Shown one piece after another: positions 35,549 to 48,539 of a DNA stretch of 64,000 bases. Numbering within the stretch: the first letter of the stretch is position 1; each line of letters begins with the position of its first letter. The stretch comes from Leucoraja ocellata (taxonomy: Eukaryota). Where the stretch lies: positions 6,262,001 through 6,326,000 of the forward strand of contig JAWMAR010000010.1 of the NCBI GenBank assembly GCA_036785375.1, read 5' to 3'. Below the pieces are notes generated by a model that was given only the letters and a program-made list of their open reading frames with translations, was not told the DNA's origin and did no database searches. Both the position numbers and the translations under genes were made by a program.

Positions 35549-36625
35549 AGTAGGAGTAAACGGGTCCTTTTCACAATGGCAGGCAGTGACTAGTGGGGTA
35601 CCGCAAGGCTCAGTACTGGGACCCCAGCTATTTACAATATATATTAATGATCTGGATGAGGGAATTGAAGGCAATATCTCCAAGTTTGCGGATGACACTA
35701 AGCTGGGGGGCAGTGTTAGGTGTGAGGAGGATGCTAGGAGACTGCAAGGTGACTTGGATAGGCTAGGTGAGTGGGCAAATGTTTGGCAGATGCAGTTTAA
35801 TGTGGATAAATGTGAGGTTATCCATTTTGGTGGCAAAAACGGGAAAGCAGATTATTATCTAAACGGTGGCCGATTGGGAAAGGGGGAGATGCAGCGAGAC
35901 CTGGGTGTCATGGTACACCAGTCATTGAAGGTAGGCATGCAGGTGCAGCAGGCAGTAAAGAAAGCGAATGGCATGTTGGCTTTCATAGCAAGAGGATTTG
36001 AGTATAGGAGTAGGGAGGTTCTACTGCAGTTGAACAGGGTCTTGGTGAGACCACACCTGGAGTATTGCGTGCAGTTTTGGTCTCCAAATCTGAGGAAGGA
36101 CATTATTGCCATAGAGGGAGTGCAGAGAAGGTTCACCAGACTGATTCCTGGGATGTCAGGACTGTCTTATGAAGAAAGACTGGATAGACTTGGTTTATAC
36201 TCTCTAGAATTTAGGAGATTGAGAGGGGATCTTATAGAATCTTACAAAATTCTTAAGGGGTTGGACAGGCTAGATGCAGGAAGATTGTTCCCGATGTTGG
36301 GGAGGTCCAGGACCAGGGGTCACAGCTTAAGGATAAGGGGGAAATCCTTCAAAACCGAGATGAGGAGAACTTTTTTCACACAGAGAGTGGTGAATCTCTG
36401 GAACTCTCTGCCACAGAGGGTAGTTGAGGCCAGTTCGTTGGCTATATTTAAGAGGGAGTTAGATGTGGCCCTTGTGGCCAAGGGGATCAGAGGGTATGGA
36501 GAGAAGGCAGGTACGGGATACTGAGTTGGATGATCAGCCATGATCATATTAAATGGCGGTGCAGGCTCGAAGGGCCGAATGGCCTACTCCTGCACCTAAT
36601 TTCTATGTTTCTATGTTTCTATGTT
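35549..36625 (+). mobile_element. Young CR1 3' portion with an open RT C-terminus and (TTTCTATG)n tail
   Basis: ORF 35586-36524 encodes GVPQGSVLGP and KFADDTK; tail TTTCTATGTTTCTATG. Confidence 0.93.
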
Positions 36626-37169
36626 TTCCCCGTAACCATTGACGTGCACACTATTCAAACCCTATCCACCTTATCTATAAAAACACCCAATGACGTCCTC
36701 CACAGTCGGCTGTGGCAATGGATTCCATAGGTTCGCCACCCTCTGGCTAAATACATTCCTGCACATACCCACATCACATAGCTGGTTCGTAACCTTCGGC
36801 GCCTTGGTAATTCTAGTGAGCACACTGCATCGACCGCTTCCGGGCTGTGAGACTGCTCGTCTACACCACCCCCACAGTCAGAGCATCCCAGATTCCAAAT
36901 ACACTCCAAGTGAATAGTGCTCTCCAGATATCCTCCAAACACATTACTCCTTGGCTGAAAACCACGACCACTACTTGCCAAAAAATGTCCCTACCCTTTA
37001 CCCTCTCCATGACCTGACTAATATCGTCTACATATATCTTCACCCCACACCCTCCCCAACACTGTCGCGTCGATTCCCAAGAATATGAAACTCGGCTATG
37101 TTTTTACCCCAGCTAGTAATCTGATCAATCTTCTCCGTGTTCGGGTATGCAATTATGCAGATAGCTCAC

Positions 37170-37216
37170 AACAATGTATAATTGCAAAAGTGTTAATTAA
37201 ATAAAAACTCTAACAT
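37170..37216 (-). pseudogene. Candidate leader-peptide exon with a 1-nt insertion in a T run
   Basis: AAAACATG start. With one T removed it reads MLEFYLINTFAIIHC followed by a phase-1 donor T|GTGAGC (46 nt). As assembled it stops after 7 codons. Confidence 0.3.
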
Positions 37217-37709
37217 GTTTTGTTCGTGTGCTATCTTTAATGTGTTGGGAAATCCTGTTTCCCTGATATGGATACTTATAGTTTACTTTAGGAATACAGC
37301 ATGGAAACAGGCCCTTGGGCCCACTGAGTACACGTCGACCAACAATCACCGCGTATAGTAATTCCATGTTATCCCATGTTCTGAAGATCCGGGGCGTTGC
37401 CTTCAGAACAGGGGATAACGCAATCTACAAGAAGCGAGCTCTCCCGGACCATCAAAAGAGCCAAGTGGGCCGACGCGCTGAAATTCTATGGCCACGTCTG
37501 CGACACCAGGGACAGCAGACGTATGTGGCAGTGTATCCGGTCCATTGTGGGCAATAGCTGTATCACATTCTAACAACAGCGACGCCTCCTTCCGGCGAAG
37601 CTAAATGACTTCTATGCGCGCTTCGAAGTCCACCACTTCCCCCGAGGATCAGATAATAATCCTGGCTTCAGCCTACGTGTGGAGAGCCCTAACGAGGGTC
37701 GACCCACGG

Positions 37710-38245
37710 AAAATCGATTGGGAAAAGGCGAGGTGCAACGAGACCTGGCTGTGATTGTACATTTGTCAGTGAAAGTAAGCATGCAGGTACAGCAGGCAGT
37801 GGAGAAAGCTAATGGCATGTTGGCCTTCATGAGCAAGGAGGTCCTACTGCAGTTGTATAGGAGCCCGGTGAGACCGCATCTGGAGTGGTGTGTGCAATTT
37901 TCATCTCCTAATTTGAGGAAGGACGTTATTGTTATTGAGGGAGTACAGCTTTACCAGGTAATTCCCAGAATGACGGGACAGATATATGAAAGAATGGGTC
38001 GACTGGGCATGTATTCACTGGAATTTAGAAGGATGAGAGGTAATCCTATAGAAACATATAACATTCTTAAGGGATTAGACCGGCTAGGTAGAGGAAAAAT
38101 GTTCCCGATGTTGGGTGAAACCATAACCAGTGGTCACAGTTTAAGAATAAGGGGTAGGCCAATTAGGACTGATATGACGGAAAAACTTATTCTCCCAGAG
38201 AGTTGTGAATCTGTGGAATTCTCTATCAGAGAAGGCAGTGGAGTC
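37710..38245 (+). mobile_element. Degenerate CR1 3' fragment
   Basis: Encodes VQRDLAV..QVQQAVEKANGMLAF..GHSLRIRG. Confidence 0.85.
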
Positions 38246-38689
38246 CAATTCACTGATGTTTTCAAGAGAGAGTTAGGTTTAGCTGGTATGGCCCAGTTAT
38301 CCCTATCAAGGGCAATCCTGATGAACACACCACTCCGAACCACCGCATTATTCTCGGGAATTCAACCCTACACGTGACCCATTTCCTTTAGCGCCTGTTC
38401 AATGTTTGTTTGGAGGCAGCCAGATTAACCCGAATGCTATGGGCACAATGATTTGTGTTATATCCCACCATCATTCACAGCAGCTACGTCATTTAGTATC
38501 GTTTTGTTTAGATTAGAGATCGGCGTTGGAAAAGGATTCTCGGCCCACCGACTCCACGCCGACCAGCGATCACCCATATACTGGTTCCATCCTACATACT
38601 AGGGACAATTGACAGAAGCTAACCAATCTACAAACCCGCACGCCTCTGGAATGTGGGAGGAGGAACACGACCACAAGATGATAAAGGTG

Positions 38690-39679
38690 TATCTGCAATT
38701 TGAGAGGGAGAAGGCGCAATCGGATGTCAGTATTGCAGCCGAGCAAAGGGGACTACACAGGCACGAGGCCAGAGTTGATTGGAAAGGACCATATGAGGGA
38801 TGACGGTGAAACAGCAATGACAGGAATTTCTTGGGAATAATCCAGAATATGCAGGATATTTTCATTACACAGAGAAAGAAAGTTTGTTGGGGGAGAAAGA
38901 GGCGGCCATGGCTGATAAGGGAAGTCAGGGACAGTACAAAACTAAAAGCGAATGCGTATCACACAGCAAAGATTAGTGGGAAGCCAGAGGATTGGGAAGC
39001 TTTTAAAGAACCACATAAGGTAACTACAAAGGCAATATGGAAAGTAAAGAAGATATACGAAGGAAAGCTAGACAATAATATAAAATATGATAGCAAGAGT
39101 TGTTTTAGTTATATAAAGAGTAACAAAGAGGCAAGGGTGGAAGTTGGGCCGCTGGAGCGTGATGATGAGCAGGAGAAAATAAAATGGGGAATAAAGAAAT
39201 GGCAGAGGAGTTGAACAACTTTTTGCATCAGTCTTCACAGTGGAAGACACCAGCAACGTGCTTGAAATTCAAGAGGGTCAGTGATTGGAAGTTAGTGGAG
39301 TGGCTATTACTAGAGAGAAGGTGGTTGGTAAGCTGAAAGGGCTGAAGATGGATACGTCACCTGGTCCCGATGGACTGCACACTAGGGTTCCGAAAGAGGT
39401 GGCTTTACAAATTGTGGAGGCATTGGCAGTGATATTTCAAGAATCCCTAGAGGCAGAAGAGGTCCCAGATGATTGGAAAATTGCCAATAGTACCCCGCTG
39501 CGCATGAGGGAGCAAAGCAGAAGAGTGGGGACGACAGGCCGTTAGTTATTTACATGGATAGCACGTTGGCTGGATGGCAGAAGCCACAGAGTGGCAATAG
39601 CGACAGAGTGGCTTTTTGTGGTTGGCTGCCAGTGACTAGCGGATTTCCACAGGGGTCGGTGCTGGGGCCATTACTCTTC
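38690..39679 (+). mobile_element. Degenerate CR1 ORF2 fragment (host of L1 copy 2)
   Basis: Encodes PWLIREV, CFSYIKS, FASVFT, SPGPDG and PQGSVLGP. Confidence 0.85.
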
Positions 39680-42600
39680 TTTTTATTTTTAATGTTTTAT
39701 TTATTAGAAGTAAGTACAATACAGTGGTACCTTTTTACAGGTTCCCCAAATTATGCTAACATTGGACATTCTCTGTCCAACTTCCTTTTTTTAAAAAAAG
39801 AGAAAAGTAAGAAGAGAAAAAGAAAAATAGGTAGTAAAGAGTGAAGGATAGACTGGTGTGCGTGAGTAAGAAGCAAAAAAAGGAAATAGTGAAGAAAAGA
39901 AATAAGTGAGGAAGGAAAGCAGGAGAGAGTTTATCCAATCGCCACAAGGAGATGATTTCTTATATTCTAGGTCGTCTTTCACCCATACCTGAAACTTTTA
40001 ATTTTTACGATACTGTTGCACCACATGACTCCAAGAAATCAATAAATGGAGACCAACTCATTAAGAATTGGTCTTGTTTGTCTTTTTGGAAAGTCTCATT
40101 TCTTCCAAATGTGCTGTGTCCAACATATTACTGATCCATATTTTAAATGTTGGTGTATTAGCATTTTTCCAAAATTTAAGTATGCTTTTTTGCTTTTATT
40201 AACCCATAATTAAATAATGAGTTTTGGGGTTTATTTAATTTATTCCCGTCTCCCTTTACTCCAAATATAATCATTTCAGTATTATGTACCATTGTTTAAT
40301 CTTAAATCACTTTGTGAATATATCAAATATATCACATCAAAATTTATGAAGTTTTGTACAAGAAACAAATGATTATGTGATATTGACATTTTGAGAAAGA
40401 CATTTATCACAGATGGGAGAGATATTTGGATAAAATTTATTCAACCTAGTTTTAATATTTTAAATTGAATTAAACTGTGTCTAGCGTTAATCGAACATTT
40501 ATGTATATGCATCAACTACTTTTCCCATGTTTCTTTTGAGATTTTTGTCATTAATTCTTTTTTCCCCAGTCTTCTCTAATTGCCTCTGTTGATGGTAATC
40601 ATCTGTTTAAAATACTGTTATACAAGTATGATATTATTTTTTGTGACTGCCTTGATATTCATTGCTTCTTCCAGTGGGTCTAAAATTATACTTTGAAAAC
40701 TTGGTATATATTTCTTCATAAAATCACATACATGTAAATATTAAAAACATTGATTGTTATTCAATTTAAATTTTGATTTTAGTTGTTGAAATGATAATAA
40801 ATTTCCCATTTCATACAAGTCACCTACCCTTTTAATTCCCACTCTTTCCCATTGTCTATATGTATTATCCATACCAGATGGTTTAAATACTGGGTTATTC
40901 ACTATTGGTGTTAACACTGATAGGTTTCTTAATTTTAAAGTTAATTTTATTTGTTACCAGATTCGTATTATATTATGTATAATTGGATTCTTCTTATATA
41001 ATATATTGTTCAGTTTTATTGGGGAGAATACAATCCAACCAGTAAAATCCTAAATCGTAAGGAGAACAATCCTCTTTCTCCATTCTTATCCATTCCAACT
41101 GTTGAGCAGGACTATCCAACCAGTAAATTATATTCTTCATATGCACTGCCCAATAATAATATAAAAAATTAGGCAGTGCAAGTCCTCCTACCTCTTTGGA
41201 TTTGCACAAGTGGTGTATTTTAATTATGTGTGCTTTATAATCCGAAATAAAATTGGTAATATTCGAGTAATTTAAAAAGAAAATGTTTTGGTATATATAT
41301 TGGTATAGATTGGAATAAATATATTATTTGTGGTATATAAAATATATTATTTTATAGCATTTATTCTGCCAATTAATGATAGGGGAGCGCTCTCCAAAAT
41401 TTAAACAGAGCATTCAGTTTATTTAATAATGGTATAATATTAGCATTAAATAATGATTTATATCTTCTAGTAACTTGAATACCCAAATACTTAAATTTTT
41501 CCGTTGCAATATTAAATGGAATTTTTAATAAGTGATTCGCTTTCTGTGGTTTTAGTGAGATAATTTCACTTTTATTCCAGTTCATTCTATAACCAGAAAA
41601 AGAGCCGAATTCCTCTATTAAATTGAATAAATTCGGGATACTTGTCTGTAAATTTGTAATATATAAAAGTATATCATCCGCAAATAGTGACATTTTATTA
41701 CTAGAGTCATTGGTATTATATCCCTGAATATTCGGATGCCTTCTTATCATTTCAGCAAGCGGTTCTTTCATAAGGGCAAATAGCACGGGTGATAAAACAC
41801 AACCCTACCTATTGCCCCTCGATAATTGAAATTTTGGAGATAACATATTATTAGTTAATATTCTTGCCATTGGTTTATCGTATAGTAATTTTATCCATCT
41901 AATAAAATTATCTCCCATATTAAATTTGTATAAATACTGCCATTCTACCTGATCAAATGTTTTCTCTGCATCCAAAGATATAACTGATACATCTTCCGTT
42001 TCCGTTTTGTATGAATACATTATACTAAAAAGGCGTCTCAGATTGTTAGATGATTGTCTTTTAGGTATAAACCCCGTTTCGTCCGGATCTATCAATTTAT
42101 TAATATATTTACTCAATCTTCTTGCTAAAGTCTTTGCTAAAAATTTCTGATCTGTATTTAGGAGTGATATGGCTCTATATGAGCCCGGCTCTTCGAAATC
42201 TTTATCATTTTAATGTATTAGCGTAATTGTGTATTCTGCTAGTGTTTCTGGTAATTTATTTTCGGTAAAGGCATACGTATATAAATGAAATGAAATGAAA
42301 TGAAATGAAAAAAATGAAATGATTCAATTTATTGTCATTGTCAGTGTACAGTACAGAGACAACGAAATGCATTTTTTAGCATCTCCCTTGAAAGGGAGAC
42401 ACAGGGCGTCGCGGTGTGCCCGCGCCTGCCGCCGTACATTCCATTACAGGCAAAGGTGGGTGAAGTGTCTTGCCCAAGGACACAACGACAGTATGCACTC
42501 CAAGCGGGATTTGAACCGGCTACCTATAATTTAAGTAACCGTGGGACCATTAACTCCTGAAAACCTTTATAACCTTCATTATTAAAACCATCTGGTCCTG

Positions 42601-45600
42601 ACGTTTTCCCATTTTTCAGTTATTTTATTGGTTCATTTATTTCTTCACTTGCGATCTGAGCTTCTAATGCCTCTTGTTCTAAGATATCAAATTTTGGCAG
42701 ATTACAATTATCTAAAAAATCTATAATTTTATTGTATTCTATTGTAGTTTTAGTTGTATATAAGTTTTGATAAAATTGAGCAAACCTTTTATTAATATCC
42801 TTGGGTAACGTTAATAGTTCCCCATCTCTGATTTGATTTTAGTAATAGTCTTTTCCTTTCCTTGTTTCTTCAATTGTCGTGTTAGAAGTTCACGTGGTTT
42901 ATCGCCAAATTCAAAATGTGCCTGTTTTGTAATCTGAAATAATCTTATTACTCTTGCCGATAATATTCGATTAAGTTTACATTTCAATAATGTGATCTTA
43001 TTATGTTTATCTATAGTTGGGTCTTTTGCGTTATCTAATTCTAATAGTTTAATTTCCTTTTCTAACGTCCCTTGTTCTATCGTATTCTTTTTATTTTGGA
43101 AACTTTGATATGAGATTATAACTCCACGGATAAATGCCTTAAAGGTTTCCCATAATAAACACGGTGAAATACCTGGTGTCTCGTTTGTCTCAAAAAAATA
43201 TTTCATTTGTTGTTTTAAATACTCGTAACCTTGTGGGATATTAACTATTTGTGTATTAAATCTCCAAAAAGATTTTATACCAAAAAACCCCACATCTCCA
43301 GCCTCAACGACTACCGGCCAGTCGCACTCACACCAGTGGTGATGAAGTGTTTTGAAAAACTGGTCCGGGGTCATATCACATCACTCCTGCCCCGAAGCTT
43401 TGACCCCCACCAGTTTGCGTACAGAGCAAATAGATCTACAGAGGACGCTGTAGCCACAGCTCTCCATGCTGCACTGTCTCACCTGGAGCAGCGGGGGAGC
43501 TACGTGCGGATGCTCTTTGTGGACTACAGCTCTGCTTTTAATACCATCCTTCCCCACAAACTGGTGGACAAACTGGGGGACTTGGGACTTCCACACTCCA
43601 TCTGTACGTGGATAAATAGCGTCCTGTCGGGTCGCAGCCAGAGAGTCAGAGTGGGCCATCATACATCCACGGCCCTCAGCCTCAGTACCGGCTCTCCACA
43701 GGGCTGCGTACTAAGCCCCCTGCTCTACACCATCTACACACATGACTGCACCCCCGCCCACCACAGCAACACCATTGTCAAATTTGCGGATGACACTACG
43801 GTGGTGGGACTCATCTCCGGGGGGGACGAGTACGCCTACAGGGATGAGGTGGAGCAGCTGACAGTGTGGTGTGGAGAGAATAACCTGCTCCTCAACACCT
43901 TAAAGACAAAGGAAGTAATAATAGACTTCAGGAAGAACAAAACGGACATGGTACCATTGACTATCAGAGGGGACTGTGTAGAGAGGGTGGCGGATTTCCG
44001 CTTCCTGGGAATCCATATTGAGGAGGACCTGACGTGGAGCGTGAACACCACTGCGCTGCTGAAAAAGGTCCAGCAGAGACTGCACTTCCTGAGGGTGCTC
44101 AGGAAGAATAACATCACTAAGAGACTGCTGCTGTCCTTTTATCGGTGCTCCATTGAGAGCATACTAACATACTGTGTATGCGTGTGGTACACCAGCTGCA
44201 CAGCGGCTCAGAGGAAAGCGCTCCAGAGGGCCATTGACAACGCCCAGAGGATTGTCGGCTGCCCTCTCCTTACCTTGGAGGACTTACACAGTTCCCGCTG
44301 CACCAAAAAATCCCAGAATATCATAAAGGACATTTCCCACCCCGGACACTCCCTGTTTGAACTGTTACCGTCAGGCAGACGGTACAGATCTACAAGGACA
44401 AGGACAAATAGACTAAAAAACAGTTTTTACCCAACTGCTATAAAAGCACTAAATGTAGCCGCCAAGGAACGCAGGGGCGATACAGACTAAGGGACTGTGG
44501 TAACTGTGGAATCGACAGAAGGATGGAGGGTTGGGTGTGTATGCGTGCTTTGTTCATGATATTTATTTAGTTGTTTATCTTTAATATTTTACCTTGTATG
44601 TATCGTTAGCTTTTAGAAATGTTTGAATGCTGCACTGACTGGCTGACATTTTAAATTTCGTTGTACATGGTTCATGTTACAATGACAATAAAGAAACTAT
44701 TCTATTATACCTGGCATTCCCTCTACTTTTAAAGTAAAAGTCAATGGGGGAGTGATCAGAAATAATACTATTGCGATATTTAGGATTAATCGTGTATGGA
44801 ATTAATTTTGTGTCAACTAAAAAGTAATCAATTCTTGAGTAAGTTTTATGTACCGATGAATAAAACGGGTATTCCCTTCCAGTAGGATTAACTATTCTCC
44901 ATACATCTGTTATATTATTGTTTTTTATATATGTATTTAAAAATTCACTAGTCTTGGATTTGACATTATACTTCCTTAGTTTTATTGATTTATCTAAATA
45001 TGCACCTATAACACAATTAAAATCCCTCCCAATATTACATTTTGGTAATTACACTCATCTATTATATCCGATTTTCTTTAAAAAATGGGGGTGATCAAAA
45101 TTTGGAGCATAAATATTTATCAGTGTCAATGGTGTAGATTTCTCCCGCCACTATAGTGTACCTTCCTTCTTTATCAGATATAATATTTTTTTAAATAAAT
45201 GGCATTCCTTTCCGAATAATAATAGCCGTGCCTCTAGCTTTAGAAGTAAACGACGAGTAATAAGTTTGACCTATCCAGTTTGCCTTCAGTCTCATCTGTG
45301 TTTGTAATTTCATATGAGTTTCTTGTAGAAAAGCTATATCCACCTTTAAAGATTTTAATTGAGCCAAAATCTTGCGCATTTTGATTGGATCATTCGCACC
45401 CCTAATATTCCAACTACAAAATGTGATTCCTCCATTCTTTTTTTCCCTATTATCTTGAATTATTAATTAATTTTGCTGATTTTGATTCATGTGGTGTAGT
45501 TAAATACCTTAGGGTTTTGGGTGTGGGGTAACCGTCCCGTGTTAACGTTATTTTACATCTCCTCCGTCTATTGAACCTCCATAGGAAGAAGAGGAAAGTG

Positions 45601-47902
45601 TGTTGAAAGGTAGTGAAGAAAACAAAGAAAATTATTGTTAAGTGAACCACATAAAAGTGAATAATAAAAAAAGGTGATCTTAAGGTATCAAAAAGGTGAT
45701 ACCTTAAATTCTCAATGCCATCAATGATGGCCAAAAAAATTGTTGACTTCCGTAGTTGGAATTGTACATTGAGCTCAGCCCCCTAATTAAGCTGCCATAG
45801 ACAACTGCATGACGTTTCCACTTAATATAACCAAAAATCTTAACAATAAAACAAATTGATCCAGTCAGGCCGAATAGACAACAAAAAATTAATCAATAGA
45901 GAATTATCATCATCATTACTTTTCCACATAATCTCTTAAGTACCCACGCTTTAAACCTTATATAATGCTTACTCAGTACATAGAGTAATGTAATCATAAA
46001 ACAGAGGGACAGGCCTTGTCCCTGTACTCGCTCGTCTCTTCCTTAATTACCAACCTGTTCCAAGGGTTAAATTTATTTATCTTAATAGCAACCGTCTTCC
46101 AGCCCAAACCTTTGGAACTATTCCAAACCTTTAACGCCTCCCTCTTTCCGGATTATAATGTTATAATATTATTATACATATTTTCATTAGTTGTTAAGTA
46201 TTAGAATACATCCTAGATTATATTTCCTTTCATTTCAGCTATATTAGAGTTATTTAACTATTAGTAATAACCATCTAATCCTCTATAGACCCCTTATCCC
46301 CCAACCTCAATTGATTAATGTGTTTGTTAGTCATGTTAGTATAATATTAAAATGATAGCCTAAACCTCAATTCGTAATATTAAATTCATATGATTAATTA
46401 ATTATTTACATTAAGTCTATACTGTAATAGTTAAAACTTTAATTCAGTCCATAGTTTCAAGTCTGATCATTTGCTTCAGCATGTCTGTTTTCTCCCTTTG
46501 TTTATCTTCACATTTTCCGTTCAAGGTGAAATCCAAACTCTGTCGTTGAAAACACATTCCTGTGAGATAAGCCAGTCTGGTTCGTGTCTAGAGCAGACCC
46601 GCCATCTTAATTATAGCAGTCTTCCACTGAAAATCACCATCCTTCTCCTCTCTTTTCTCTATTTTCTGTGCAATCTCTTGTGCATACTTAAATGCCAGCT
46701 CAGGGTCCATGAATGAGCGTTGAGTTGAGTTGTACATTATCTTCATCTTCGCGGGATAAACCACTCCGTATCTCACCCCAGGTTGTCCTTGCAAAATATT
46801 ACTTACTTTTTTAAATTGAATCCCTTCCTCCAATATTTCGCGTGGGTCGTCCCTGTAGAATCTCACAGTCCCTCCCTCGAATATGAGCCTCTTACCATGT
46901 GGTATCATCTTCAGGTGTTTTTTCCACGGTTGCAATGTCTAAGAACTTCACGATAATCTGTCTTGGGGGAGCATTTGTTTCTCTTCGGAAGCGACCCACA
47001 CTATGAGCCACATCAATCCTCACATTTTCATTCAACTTAAAGACCCCTTTGAATATTTTGGAGACAAGCTCGGACATTTGAATTCCATGCTCTCGTCCCT
47101 CCTTTACTCCTATAATCCTTAAATTCCGTCTCCTTGAACTAGCTTCCAAATCTTGACATTTGTCTGTCAGTTTATTCAATTGTTCCCGATTATCACCTAG
47201 TTCCTTTTTCAAAATCGATATTTCGTGAGCCATCACATGCATTTCATCCATCATCTCTTCTGTCAACTTGTCAGAATGTTTCATCTCTTCAATCAACTTG
47301 TAAAACTTCTTATTATAATCAATTTCCATTCTCTCAAATTCTTGTGTTGTACTCTGATCAAAGTCACTGAACTGCTACTTCAAAGAGGCATACATTTCCT
47401 TTGATTCATCATTAGCAGTATCAATTTCCTTAGACAGGTTAACTTCCATTTTAGAGAGATTACTCTCCAGTGAAGTGCTCATAGTAGCAAACATTTTGGA
47501 GATTAGATCTTACCGTTTGTTCCCACTGCTTCATCTTCTTCTCCTTCTCCTTTTCGTTTGACTCTCTTCTTGTAGCCATTTCAGATGCTGCTTGTTGAGG
47601 ATTAAGCTCTTCATCTGAGCTTTCAGTTGTTGATTGAAGAGCTTCCAAGTCTTCTTGAAACTGATGGTAGCTTTCTTGGGTCCACGTGAGTGTTTTACTT
47701 TTGTCACCTAAAGGTCCCGTTAAAACTCCGATTTCTTCGACGCTTTCGAATGACATCACTCCCGCGACGCCAAGCAGCCCTCGGTGAGTGTTTTTAAATC
47801 GGTCCCGACTTTTAAAACGTCTTTTTACGCGATTTTTATGCGATTTTGCGGGAGCGGAGCTCAATGCTGCGCCTTCAACACATCATGGCGCCACCGGAAG
47901 TC
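39680..47902 (-). mobile_element. L1 copy 2, with a SINE at about 42285-42524 and Rex1 at 43282-44704
   Basis: Duplicate of 344-8566. Confidence 0.92.
43282..44704 (+). mobile_element. Rex1/Babar-type element, copy 2
   Basis: ORF to 44490; one amino-acid difference (T/I) from copy 1. Confidence 0.9.
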
Positions 47903-48539
47903 GGGCCGCTACTCTTCGGGTTGTATATTCAATTATTCGGACAAAGGGGATTGAAGAGTTTGTGGCCAAGTTTGCGGATGATACGAAAAGATGTAGAAGG
48001 GCAGGTGGTGTAGATAAAGTAGGGATTCCGTAGAAAGCCATGGACAGGTTGGAGAAGTGGTAGATGGAATATAGTGTGATTACCTTGAAATCATCTGCAA
48101 ATTTAGTAAAAAACTGCATTTAAAAAAAATAATTTGCATCTTTTGGCACCAGCTAACACTTATTATTAAGTTTTAATTTATTTAGATTAAACAATATTAT
48201 TGTAGAAAAAATAGTTCCTGAAGAGGAGTCAAGAATTTTGGTAGTAGGAATAAAGGCGTAGATTATGTTCTAATAGGGGAAAGAATCCAAAAATCGCGGG
48301 TGCAAAGCGACTTGGGAGTGCGGTTGCAGGATTCACAAAAAGTTAATCTGCAAGTCGAATCGGTGGTAAAGAAAGCAAACGCAATGCTCGCATTTATTTC
48401 AGGAGGGCTTGTATACAGAAACAGGGATGTAATGCTGAGTCTCTATAAGGCGCTGGTAAGGCCGCGTTTGAAATACTGTGAGTAATTTTGGGCCCCATAT
48501 CTGAAGAACGATGTGCTGGCTCTGAAGAGGTTACTGAGG

